Positions 54,458 to 63,904 of a stretch of DNA of 64,000 nt are shown here, piece after piece. Position numbers and translations under genes: made by a program. Below the pieces are notes generated by a model. It was given only the letters and a program-made list of their open reading frames with translations, was not told the DNA's origin and searched no databases. Origin of the DNA: a bacterium. Its GTDB lineage: Bacteria; JADJOY01. How positions within the stretch are numbered: the first letter of the stretch is position 1; each line of letters begins with the position of its first letter. The stretch lies in the NCBI GenBank assembly GCA_046331705.1, contig JAXLQJ010000026.1, positions 1 through 64,000 of the forward strand, written 5' to 3'.

Positions 54458-56686
54458 ATGGCCAGAAAGCCGATTCGCGTCGCCGTCATCGGTGGAGGGT
54501 GCGCCGCACTCACGACCGCGTTCGAGCTCACGCATCCGCGGCACGAGGGGCGCTACGAAGTGACCGTGTACCAGCTCGGCTGGCGACTGGGCGGCAAAGG
54601 CGCCTCCGGTCGCGGCCCGTCGGCGCGCATCGAGGAGCACGGGCTGCACCTCTGGATGGGCTTCTACGAGAACGCGTTTCGGGTGATGCGCGATTGCTAC
54701 GAAGAGCTGGGGCGGGACCCCGCGCGCGTACCCCTCGCCACCTGGCAAGACGCGTTCAAGCCCGCCCCGCTGGTGGGAATCGCCGATCGCAGTCCAGACG
54801 GCGATTGGCTGGCCTGGGGAACGCTGCTGCCGCCGATGGAAGGGTTGCCCGGCGACGGCTTCCCGTCGGGCAGGCGCTTCTCGACGTTCGAGTACATGCG
54901 CCGCTCGGCGCGCCTGGTGAGGTCGTTGCTCTCCACGATCATCGGCGGCGAGGGGGGCTTCGCGCTCGGCGCCGAGCCACCCGTTCCGCCCTCGCCCGAC
55001 TCGATCCGCGCGTCGCTTGCGCGGCTCGCAGGCTTCGGCGAGATGGCAACGCTCGCCGCCCTCGGCGAGGCGCTCTCGATCCTCGAGTTGGTGGTGGGCG
55101 CCCCGGCGCTCTTCCCGCAGAGCCTCGTGCTGCGCTTGCTCGAATCGCTGCGCGCCAGCGCCAAGTCCCGTCTCGACGCGCGCCTCGGGCCCGAGCCGCG
55201 CGTGCGGCGCGTCTGGGAAATCATCGACATGGTGCTGGCGACCCTGCGCGGCGAGGTTCGCCACGGCATCCCCTTCGATCCCCGTGGATTCGACGCCATC
55301 GACGACTACGACTGCCGCGAGTGGCTGCAGCTCAACGGCGCGTCACAGCGATCGGTCGACTCGGGCTTCGTTCGCGCCCTCTACGATCTGGGTTTCTCGT
55401 ACGAGGACGGCGACCCCCAGCGCATGCGCATCTCCGCGGGACAGGCGCTGCGTGGCACGGTGCGGTCGTTCTTCACGTATCGCGGCTCGTTCTTCTGGGC
55501 GATGCAGGCCGGGATGGGTGACGTCGTGTTCACGCCGCTCTACGAGGTGCTGGCCCGCCGCGGGGTCCGCTTCGAGTTCTTCCATCGGCTGCGGCGCGTG
55601 CGCCTGCCGGCTCCATCCCGCCTCGGACCGGGCGAGACGCCGCACGTCGAGGCGCTCGAATTCGACGTGCAGGCGCGGGTACGCGACCCGGCTGGTTATC
55701 GCCCGCTCGTCGACGTGCACGGGCTGCCGTGCTGGCCCGCGGAGCCGCTCTGGGATCAGCTCGAGGACGGCGCGCGACTGCGCGCCGAGCGGCGCGCGTT
55801 CGAGGCCCACGCCGACACCCGACGCGAGGCCACGCGCGAGCTGCGGGTCACGGAGGACTTCGATTTCGTGGTCCTGGGCGTCGCGCTGGGCGCGATTCCG
55901 CACGTGTGCGCCGACCTGGTGGAGCGCGACCCGCGCTGGCGCGACATGGTCGCGAACGTGAAGACCGTCGCCACACAGGCGATCCAGATCTGGACCCACG
56001 CGAGCCCGCACGATCTCGGGTGGCCGGACGAACGTGCCATCAATCTCTCGGGCTTCGTCGAGCCGTTCGACACGTGGGCCGACATGCGCCACCTGCTACC
56101 CGTCGAGGACTGGGCGCACACGCCCCGCGGCCTCGCGTACTTCTGCAACGTCCTTCCCGAGGTCGATTGGCAGGCGATGGGCGCCGCGCGAGCCGCGGAG
56201 CTGCGCAACGACCCCACCGCGCTCGCCGCGCATCTCGAAGCCATGCGCGAACGGCCCGACTACGCCGCGAGCCAGCGAGCGCGGGTGCGCGAGAACGCGA
56301 TTCGATTCCTCGAACGGGACCTCGCGCATCTGTGGCCGCGGGTCGCCGACGGCAGCGGCGGCTTCCGTTGGGGGATCCTGGCCGACGCCCATGCAGGGGG
56401 AACACCACCGGAAGGTGCGTCGGACTCGAGCCGCTTCGACACCCAGTTCTGGACCGCCAACGTGAATCCGTCCGACCGCTACACGTTGTCGCTGCCCGGC
56501 ACCGCGAGGTACCGGATCTCACCCCTCGACCCGACCTACGACAACCTCACGATCTGCGGCGACTGGACGGATGCCGGCTTCAACGCCGGCTGTGTGGAGG
56601 CCGCCGTCATGTCGGGACGGCTCGCCGCGCACGCGATCTCGCAGAGCCCCTCGCTCACCGAGATCATCGGCTACGACCATCCATGA
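54458..56686 (+). CDS. FAD-dependent oxidoreductase, amine oxidase / carotenoid desaturase-like (COG3349-type)
   Basis: VAVIGGG, WRLGGKGASGR, EEHGLHLWMGFYENAF and C-terminal GDWT...GCVEAAVMSGRLAA motifs. Confidence 0.85.
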   Translation: MARKPIRVAVIGGGCAALTTAFELTHPRHEGRYEVTVYQLGWRLGGKGASGRGPSARIEEHGLHLWMGFYENAFRVMRDCYEELGRDPARVPLATWQDAFKPAPLVGIADRSPDGDWLAWGTLLPPMEGLPGDGFPSGRRFSTFEYMRRSARLVRSLLSTIIGGEGGFALGAEPPVPPSPDSIRASLARLAGFGEMATLAALGEALSILELVVGAPALFPQSLVLRLLESLRASAKSRLDARLGPEPRVRRVWEIIDMVLATLRGEVRHGIPFDPRGFDAIDDYDCREWLQLNGASQRSVDSGFVRALYDLGFSYEDGDPQRMRISAGQALRGTVRSFFTYRGSFFWAMQAGMGDVVFTPLYEVLARRGVRFEFFHRLRRVRLPAPSRLGPGETPHVEALEFDVQARVRDPAGYRPLVDVHGLPCWPAEPLWDQLEDGARLRAERRAFEAHADTRREATRELRVTEDFDFVVLGVALGAIPHVCADLVERDPRWRDMVANVKTVATQAIQIWTHASPHDLGWPDERAINLSGFVEPFDTWADMRHLLPVEDWAHTPRGLAYFCNVLPEVDWQAMGAARAAELRNDPTALAAHLEAMRERPDYAASQRARVRENAIRFLERDLAHLWPRVADGSGGFRWGILADAHAGGTPPEGASDSSRFDTQFWTANVNPSDRYTLSLPGTARYRISPLDPTYDNLTICGDWTDAGFNAGCVEAAVMSGRLAAHAISQSPSLTEIIGYDHP

Positions 56687-56693
56687 GGAGCAC

Positions 56694-57464
56694 ATGAGCA
56701 CGGACGAACGATTGAAGCGACCGAACCTGGAGCGAACCGCGCCGATTCGGCGCTGGCCCACGCTGTTCTCCGTGCCGACCGGCGACGACGGAACGAACGG
56801 ACACGATCGGGGGGAGCGTGACGGAGCCGCGGCACAGGAGGACGGCCCGCGGCTCGGAGATGCGGTGCAGCGCGCGGTCGAGCTCGGCTATCGGGTCTTC
56901 GACGATCAGATTCGCAAGGGGCAAGAGGCCGCCGCCAAGCTCGGCAAGCGCGAGTACGGCCCCCAGGCGATGCAGCGCGACTTCCAGGATCTGGCGATGC
57001 GCTGGGTTCAATACGCGTCCGATCTCACCAGCGTGTGGATGGAGATGGTGCAGGTCGTCGTCGGCGGGACGCTCGAAGCACGGCGAACCGCTCCAGGCGA
57101 GCCGCCCGCGGCGAAAACTGCCGCGCCGGACGAGCTCGGGCGCACCGGCACCGGCGCCGCGACGACTCCTGCGCCGCCCCGAAACGTTCGCGTCCGCGTC
57201 CGTTCGATCCGCCCGACGGAGGTGGCGCTCGAGCTTCGCCCCGAGGCACAGCCGCCGTTCGAGATCCTCGCGCCGCGCGCACCCAGCGGCGAGGTTCTGC
57301 CTGCGCCGCAGCTGGTACCTGGCGAGGACGGCCATCTCACGCTCGACGTGAGCGTGCCCGACGACGCCGCGCCGGGTAACTACTTCGCGGTCGTGGTTCG
57401 AACGAACGAGGCCGGCGCTGCGGTTGCAGCGGGCACGTTCGCGTTGACCGTGGACGAACGCTGA
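56694..57464 (+). CDS. Hypothetical protein (amphipathic helices plus Ig-like C-terminus)
   Basis: GAGGAG RBS, wedged between the oxidoreductase and prenyl synthase genes. Ends VSVPDDAAPGNY...FALTV. Confidence 0.75.
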   Translation: MSTDERLKRPNLERTAPIRRWPTLFSVPTGDDGTNGHDRGERDGAAAQEDGPRLGDAVQRAVELGYRVFDDQIRKGQEAAAKLGKREYGPQAMQRDFQDLAMRWVQYASDLTSVWMEMVQVVVGGTLEARRTAPGEPPAAKTAAPDELGRTGTGAATTPAPPRNVRVRVRSIRPTEVALELRPEAQPPFEILAPRAPSGEVLPAPQLVPGEDGHLTLDVSVPDDAAPGNYFAVVVRTNEAGAAVAAGTFALTVDER

Positions 57465-57472
57465 CCGCGCGC

Positions 57473-58540
57473 ATGACGCCAGACGCCGAGCGATCGGCAG
57501 ACCACCCGGGGCACGACCCCGACGCGATCGTGCAACTCACGTTGGCGCAGTACGGGGACCTGACCTCACAGGCGGTCGAGCAGTATCTCGCCCCCCGCGA
57601 GCCGCGCCGCCATCTCTACGACCTGGTCGCCGACTATCCGCGCCGCGGCGGGCGCAAGCTGCGCCCCAGCCTTTGCATCGCGACCGCGCGTGCCTTCGGC
57701 GCAGGCCACGAAGAGGCGGTGAGCACCGCAGCCGCGCTGGAGCTGCTGCACAACGCTTTCCTCGTCCACGACGACGTCGAGGACGAGAGCGAGGCGCGGC
57801 GTGGCCAGCCCACCCTGCACCAGCTGCACGGCGTCCCCATGGCGGTGAACGTCGGGGACGCGTTGCTGCTCATGGGTCTGCGCGCGCTCATCGACAACCA
57901 GCGACGTCTCGGTCCGCGGCTCACGCTGCTCGTGCTGGAAGAGGCGGAACGCATGGCGCGCGAGTCGATCGAGGGCCAGGCGATCGAGCTCGGGTGGCGG
58001 CGCGACAACGCGCTCGCGCTCACCGAGGCCGACTATCTGGAGATGGTGCTCAAGAAGACCTGCTGGTACACGACCATCTTCCCCAGCCGGGTGGGTGCGC
58101 TCATCGGCAACCGGGATGCGCGCAATCTCGAGCGCTTCGACCGATTCGGCTTCTTCCTCGGCGCGGCGTTCCAGATCCAGGACGACCTGCTGAATCTCGT
58201 GGGAGACGAGCGGCGCTACGGCAAGGAGATCGACGGCGACATTCGGGAAGGCAAACGCACGCTCATGCTGATCCACCTCTTGCGCCGCGCGGAGTCGAAC
58301 GAGCGCGAGCGGATCGCGGAATTCCTCGCAGCGCCGCGCGGAGATCGGACCGAATCACAGGTGCGCTGGATCCGCGCGCGCATGGATCACTACGGATGCA
58401 TCGAGGACGCGCGCCACACCGCACACTCGCTGGCGGGCGCGGCCCTGCACGAGTTCGAGCTGATCTACGGTCCGCTGCCCGACTCGCGCGACAAGGAATT
58501 CCTCGCGGGCGTCATCCGCTGGGTGCTTTCGCGTGCGTGA
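57473..58540 (+). CDS. Polyprenyl diphosphate synthase (trans-prenyltransferase)
   Basis: GGRKLRP, LVHDDVED..RRG first motif, NVGD, GQAIE, KKT and FQIQDDLLN motifs. Confidence 0.93.
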   Translation: MTPDAERSADHPGHDPDAIVQLTLAQYGDLTSQAVEQYLAPREPRRHLYDLVADYPRRGGRKLRPSLCIATARAFGAGHEEAVSTAAALELLHNAFLVHDDVEDESEARRGQPTLHQLHGVPMAVNVGDALLLMGLRALIDNQRRLGPRLTLLVLEEAERMARESIEGQAIELGWRRDNALALTEADYLEMVLKKTCWYTTIFPSRVGALIGNRDARNLERFDRFGFFLGAAFQIQDDLLNLVGDERRYGKEIDGDIREGKRTLMLIHLLRRAESNERERIAEFLAAPRGDRTESQVRWIRARMDHYGCIEDARHTAHSLAGAALHEFELIYGPLPDSRDKEFLAGVIRWVLSRA

Positions 58541-61500
58541 GCCGCGAACCGGCCTCGCCGAGGAGCGAGGCGGCCTTCCGAAGATCGGCGAACTGCCTTC
58601 CTTCGGCAAAGCTCTCGTAGACCTCGCGTAGCTCGGCGAGGGCCGCTGGCTCGAGATCCGATCCAGCCGCCGTGCGGGCCAAGCCCACGCTTCCACGCAA
58701 CCACGACAGCCGGTTGCCGTCGCGACGTGCCAGGTCGATCGCGCGCCGGTACGAACCAGTGGCCGCCGCTGCATCGCCCGATCGCGCGAACACCTCGCCC
58801 TCGACGAGAGAGAACTCCGGCTCGAGAGATCGGTAGAGCGTGCGGCGACAGGCTTCCAGGCCATCGGCCACCTCCGACCGTGCCTCGTCCAGCTGGCCCA
58901 TCGCGCAGCGCGCGCGCGCCACGAACTTGCGGAAGTAGAGATGACTCGCGTTCATCCCCATGGCCTGCAGCTGAAACTGGCCCTGTTCCAGGTTTGCCAG
59001 CCCCTCATCGAGCTCACCCGAGTCGATCTGCGCCGCGCCGCGCATGCATTGGCCGTAGGCCGACCAGAGAAAGTGGCGCTGGTCGAGCGCGATGGGGACG
59101 AGGCGATCGGCGAGACGAATGGCTTCGTGCGCGTCACCGCGCTCGACCAAGTGCGAGCCCACGGCGCACATCGCCAGGCACGATACGTAGGGATCCTGGA
59201 AGGATTCGGCCAACGCCAGCATCTCGTCGCAGAGCGCCGCCGCACGATCCAGGTAGCCGAGATAGCCGAGGCTCGCGAGCTCGTACATGTAGCAGTAGAG
59301 CCGGCCGTCGTATCCGTAGTTCTCGACGAACGCGGACATCTCGTCGGAGCGCAGGATGGAGCGAGCTTCCCCGTGGCTGCGCACCGTCTGCTCGTAGTGT
59401 CCGAGATAGAAGTCGTAGATCCCGAGCACGCTCAGGCCCGTGAACCGAGACACCGGATCGGAACGCCGGGCGAGTCGCTCGAAGCGCGGCCGCAACGCCG
59501 TCGCGCCTTCCAGGTCGAGCCCCGTGAGCGTGGCTGCGGACACGCCGTTCAGCACCTCGAGGGGAAGGTCCTCGTCGAGCTCCTCACACAGTCGTCGGGC
59601 ACGGGCGAAGGTCTCGCCCACGTCGGGATGGGCGTAGCCGAGCGTCGAGAACTGCGCGGTTCCGAGTGTCACGAGAAGCTCCACCTCGCGACGAAGGCGC
59701 TCCGGCGAGGGATCCGTCCCCCCCAACATCTCGAGCCCACGCCGCGTCTGGTTGAGCGCCTCCTCCAGCGCGCCGCGGCGTAGCGCCGCGGTGCCCGCGA
59801 GATTCAAGTAGTGCGCGGCCGAGCGCAGGTCGCCGCCACCGGCGAGATGGTGAGCGATCAGCTCCGGCCGCTCGCGCGCCACGTCGGCGAATTTTTCGCG
59901 AAGCACCCGGGCCGCCGTCAGATGGAGCTGGTGCCGCACGGGCCGGGCCATCGCTTCGTATGCGATCTCACGCACCAGCGCGTGCTTGATCGCGTACGTC
60001 TCGACGACGCTGCGCACACGACGGAACACCAGCCCGGCGCTCACCAGCTCGTCCACGCCCGCGCGCACCAGGCTCACGCTCCGACCAGAGGTCGCCGCCA
60101 GCCAGTCGAACGGAACTTCGCGTCCCAGCGTCGCCGCGAGCTGCAACGTCTCGCGCGCGGTGGCGCTCAGTCCGTCGATGCGCGCAAGCAACAGTTCGCG
60201 GAGCGCACCTGGAACGGCCAGCTGAGCTTCGAGCTGCGCGTCGGTCGTGTGGCGTCCGGTCGTGAGCGCGTGGCGCACGACCTCCTCGACGAAGAGCGGA
60301 ATGCCCTGCGACTTGGCGCTCAAGGTCTCGAGCACGGCGCCCGTGGCAGCCAGCCCGGGTGGCAACACCGATCGCACGAGATCGAGCACCGCGCGACGCG
60401 AGAGCGGCCCCACCTGAACGAAGCGGACGTCACTCGAGCTCCAGCGTGCCTCGAACTCCGGACGTGCCGTCAGGACCAGGCACAGCCGATTCGCGTGGGA
60501 GTCATCGGACTCGCTCGCGTGCCGTATCTCGCGAATCAGCCCGTCGAGGAGCTCGAGCGTGCTGGGATCCGCCCAATGCAGATCCTCGACCACGAACGCG
60601 ACGGTTTGACGCGCCGCGAGCGTCAAGAGCAATTCGACGAGCGACTGAAACGTCAGCTCTCGCTCGCGCGCCGGTGAGAGCTTCGGTGCGCTCACCGCGG
60701 CGCCGGCAGGTACCCCGAGAAGACGCGCCAGCACGGCACGCCCTTCGATGGATGCGACCGGCAGCAGATCGAGCATCTCGCCGATGGTGCTCTGAGACGT
60801 GCGCAGCGCGTCCACGACGGGGCCGAGTGTCGCGAGGCTTCGCTCGGGCGAGCAGCGGCACTCGATCCAGGTCACCGCGCTCGAGGCCCGCCTGAGCTCA
60901 CGGACCAGCCGCGACTTGCCGATGCCCGCCTCGCCCGAGAGCAGCACGGCACAGGGCTCGCCAGCCTCGGCGCGCGCCAGGCTCTCGCCGAGAAAGCCGA
61001 GCTCGTGAGCGCGCCCGACCAGCGGGCTCTCGGAGGTCGCGGCGACGCTGGAGGCGGGCTCCTCGCCGACCAGCCGATAGACGGCCAGGGGCGCCGAGAG
61101 GCCGGGGAGCCGAATCGTGCCCCGGTCCTCGACGCGCATCGCCGAGCCCACGAGCGAACGCCGACAATCGCCACTGATCAGGATCTCCGCCGCACCGGCG
61201 CGCTCCGCGAGCTGCGACGCGATCTGCGGCGTCACGCCGAGGAAATCGGCGGGGTCCACTCGGCCGATGCGCGAGCGGCGCACCACGACGAGCCCGGCAT
61301 GAATGCCCACACCCAGCTCCAATCGACAGCCGATCGTGCGCGCGAGGCGCGCATTGGCCGCCTCGACGCCGGCGATCAGGCTGAGCGCGATTCGGGCAGC
61401 ACGACGAGCCTCGTGCTCTCGTGCTTCCAGGTGGCCGAACGCGACCAGCGCCCGATCTCCCAGCACTCCGACGAGCTGACCGCCGTGACGCAGCGCCAAG

Positions 61501-62555
61501 TCTCGGATCTCCTCGTCGACGAAGCGCAGCACGGCGCGCACGGACTCGGGATCCGGATCGGCGTCGAGCTCCTGGTGCACGACCCAGCGAACCGACAGCA
61601 CCGTGACCTGTCGTCGCTCGCCGTCGTCTTCGCTCGGGGTGCCACGCGGCGCGGCGCCTCGCGGTGCGCTCAGCTCGGATTCGCGCATCCCCTCGAGCGT
61701 CTCGAGGATCTGGGCGACCGTGAGGTCGCGCTTGTCGGCCGACTTGTCGGTGACGACGCGCAGCATCTTGCCGAGCGGCGTGTTCGCGAGCCACTCGGGG
61801 ATCGGAACGGGACGTTGACTGAGCTGGTTCGCAAGCACCTCGTGCCAGGAATCGCCCTGAATGGCGCGCTCACCCGTCAGGCACTCGAGAAGAATGAGCC
61901 CCCACGAATAGAGATCGGATCGCGGGCTCGGCACCCCCGAGCGAAGCTGTTCCGGCGCCGCGTAACGCGGCGTACCGATCAACTCCTGGGAAGCCGTGAG
62001 ATCGGGGAGACCCTGACGATCCGCGCCTTGCGAGAACCCGCCCAGCCCGAAGTCCACGACCATCGCATGGGTTTGCGCGCCGGTCTTGCAGAGCAGGATG
62101 TTCTCGGGCTTGAGGTCGCGATGGACGACTTGCGCTGCGTGGGCACACGCCAGCGCGTCGAGCACCTCCCCCATCACCCGCAACACCTCTCCCACCGGGG
62201 GCGTGCCCTGCTGTGCGAGCCGCGCTGCGAGCGTGAGGCCAGGGACGTACTCGAGGACGGCGTAGAACTCGCCGGACTCGGTCTCGCCCGAGTCGATCAG
62301 CCTCACCACGTGGGGATGCCAGAGGCGCGCGTAGAGACTCGCCTCGCGTCGCAATCGCTCGCGTCGCCTGTGCAGCTCCTCCGCACCCACGTTGCCCAGC
62401 GGATGCAACACTTTGATGGCGACTTGCTGGCCCGTCGACCGCTGCTCGGCTTGGAAGACCTGGCCGAAGGAGCCGTCGCCGAGCCTTCGCCCCACGAGGT
62501 AGGTGCCGGCGAAGAGCGTTCCGGGCGAGATCGAGAGATTCGACGCGTCGAGCAT
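58512..62555 (-). CDS. Ser/Thr kinase - class III cyclase-like - STAND/AAA ATPase - TPR fusion (TOMM kinase/cyclase-like architecture)
   Basis: Kinase motifs GDGSFGQV, VAIK, HRDLKPEN, DFG and APE. Cyclase-like ERRQVTVL..LGD..GIHAG. Walker A GEAGIGKS, Walker B VVEDLHWAD, then helical repeats. Confidence 0.92.
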   Translation of the reverse strand: MLDASNLSISPGTLFAGTYLVGRRLGDGSFGQVFQAEQRSTGQQVAIKVLHPLGNVGAEELHRRRERLRREASLYARLWHPHVVRLIDSGETESGEFYAVLEYVPGLTLAARLAQQGTPPVGEVLRVMGEVLDALACAHAAQVVHRDLKPENILLCKTGAQTHAMVVDFGLGGFSQGADRQGLPDLTASQELIGTPRYAAPEQLRSGVPSPRSDLYSWGLILLECLTGERAIQGDSWHEVLANQLSQRPVPIPEWLANTPLGKMLRVVTDKSADKRDLTVAQILETLEGMRESELSAPRGAAPRGTPSEDDGERRQVTVLSVRWVVHQELDADPDPESVRAVLRFVDEEIRDLALRHGGQLVGVLGDRALVAFGHLEAREHEARRAARIALSLIAGVEAANARLARTIGCRLELGVGIHAGLVVVRRSRIGRVDPADFLGVTPQIASQLAERAGAAEILISGDCRRSLVGSAMRVEDRGTIRLPGLSAPLAVYRLVGEEPASSVAATSESPLVGRAHELGFLGESLARAEAGEPCAVLLSGEAGIGKSRLVRELRRASSAVTWIECRCSPERSLATLGPVVDALRTSQSTIGEMLDLLPVASIEGRAVLARLLGVPAGAAVSAPKLSPARERELTFQSLVELLLTLAARQTVAFVVEDLHWADPSTLELLDGLIREIRHASESDDSHANRLCLVLTARPEFEARWSSSDVRFVQVGPLSRRAVLDLVRSVLPPGLAATGAVLETLSAKSQGIPLFVEEVVRHALTTGRHTTDAQLEAQLAVPGALRELLLARIDGLSATARETLQLAATLGREVPFDWLAATSGRSVSLVRAGVDELVSAGLVFRRVRSVVETYAIKHALVREIAYEAMARPVRHQLHLTAARVLREKFADVARERPELIAHHLAGGGDLRSAAHYLNLAGTAALRRGALEEALNQTRRGLEMLGGTDPSPERLRREVELLVTLGTAQFSTLGYAHPDVGETFARARRLCEELDEDLPLEVLNGVSAATLTGLDLEGATALRPRFERLARRSDPVSRFTGLSVLGIYDFYLGHYEQTVRSHGEARSILRSDEMSAFVENYGYDGRLYCYMYELASLGYLGYLDRAAALCDEMLALAESFQDPYVSCLAMCAVGSHLVERGDAHEAIRLADRLVPIALDQRHFLWSAYGQCMRGAAQIDSGELDEGLANLEQGQFQLQAMGMNASHLYFRKFVARARCAMGQLDEARSEVADGLEACRRTLYRSLEPEFSLVEGEVFARSGDAAAATGSYRRAIDLARRDGNRLSWLRGSVGLARTAAGSDLEPAALAELREVYESFAEGRQFADLRKAASLLGEAGSRLTHAKAPSG

Positions 62556-62722
62556 GCGCAGGCACCGAAAAGAAACGTATTCTACGCAGAATCGCGGAAG
62601 CAGGTAACCGACATGCATCACACGCGCCTCGCTCGCGGCTGCTGCGGCGACATTTCTGGGTCCCGACGTAGGCCGTCGGCGCGGCCATGGCGTATGCCGA
62701 CCCAGCACCGGATCCGTGCATC

Positions 62723-63904
62723 ATGAGCCGCGCGTCGAACCCGACCGCCCCGCGAGTCCTGGTCCTCGGCGGCACGGGCGAGGTTGGCGCGAGCGTCGTG
62801 GCCGCCTGCTGTGAGCTCGGCTTTCCCGTCACCGCCGCCAGCCGTAACCCACCATCTTCGGTGCTGGAGCGCGAGCTGTTCGCACCGCGAGCGGTGCCAT
62901 GGGTAGCCATCGCCGACGGTCGGGAGGGGGACGACGCGGTGCTACGCGATCGCATGGCCGAGCACGACGTCGTCGTGCTCGCGTGCGAGCCGTGGCGAAT
63001 CCTCGCCGGCGAAGAGCGCGAAGCGATCGAGCGAACCCGCGCGTGGCTCGCGGTCGCCCGCGCGGCGAGCGCACGACGCAAGCGAGCGCGCCGACCGCCG
63101 CTTCGGGTGGTGCGGATCGGCTCGCCCGTCGCCGAGGTGCCGTTGCCACTGACCGCGCCGCGCGCGAACGGTTACGAAGAGGACCGATTCCAGCTGGAGG
63201 AGGTCGAGAAGCTCGGGGCACGAGATCGCTGCTGGCGCGTGCCGTACTTCGTGGCGAAGGTCGGCATGGCGAAAGCCACCCGCGACGCCGCGCGATCCGG
63301 CCTCGACGTGGTGACGGCTGCGCCGACGGGTCTCGTCTGTTGGTGGGGCGACAAGGGCCGTGAGGACTCGTGGGTTCGGGCGTACCACGAGAGCCGCGGC
63401 CTCGTGCCGCTGTTCTCGTTCCCGACCAACATCCTTCCTTGCGACGTCGCCGCTCGCAGCATCCTCGCGGTTGCGCTCGCCGGCACGCCTGGTGGGGTCT
63501 ATCAAGTTCCAGGCGTCGTCTGGCATTCGTGGGACATCCAAGGCGAGTTGCTTCGGCAATGTGGACGGCGCCTTCCGCCCGCATTTCACCTCACCCGTCA
63601 GCAGATGCTGGACGGCGTGCGTGTCTACCAGGAAGCCAGCACGCCGCTCGACGCGGTGAGGCGGAAGTGGCTGCACGACGTCGCAGGCGCGCGGGATTAC
63701 GGGATGGCCGCGCTGCTGCAGAACGATCGCCCGCGCAGCGCCGCCAAGCTCCGCAGCCTGCTTCCAGCGTTGGGACCATTCGGCGAACGTCTCGTCCATC
63801 CGATGCCGGCCCGCATCGCCAGCGCGCTCCCCGAGGCCGCTCGACGCCGCGCGCGCTGGCTGCGCCTTCGCGGCCTCGTGGAAACGAGGACGAATCTGCG
63901 CTGA
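62723..63904 (+). CDS. NAD-dependent epimerase/dehydratase (extended SDR)
   Basis: VLVLGGTGEVG Rossmann motif and YFVAK (YxxxK). Confidence 0.75.
   Translation: MSRASNPTAPRVLVLGGTGEVGASVVAACCELGFPVTAASRNPPSSVLERELFAPRAVPWVAIADGREGDDAVLRDRMAEHDVVVLACEPWRILAGEEREAIERTRAWLAVARAASARRKRARRPPLRVVRIGSPVAEVPLPLTAPRANGYEEDRFQLEEVEKLGARDRCWRVPYFVAKVGMAKATRDAARSGLDVVTAAPTGLVCWWGDKGREDSWVRAYHESRGLVPLFSFPTNILPCDVAARSILAVALAGTPGGVYQVPGVVWHSWDIQGELLRQCGRRLPPAFHLTRQQMLDGVRVYQEASTPLDAVRRKWLHDVAGARDYGMAALLQNDRPRSAAKLRSLLPALGPFGERLVHPMPARIASALPEAARRRARWLRLRGLVETRTNLR

Noticed and set aside
54458-58540. Standard carotenoid or hopanoid operon
   Set aside because: No crtB/hpnCD, lycopene cyclase or squalene-hopene cyclase in the window, although they could lie elsewhere in the genome.
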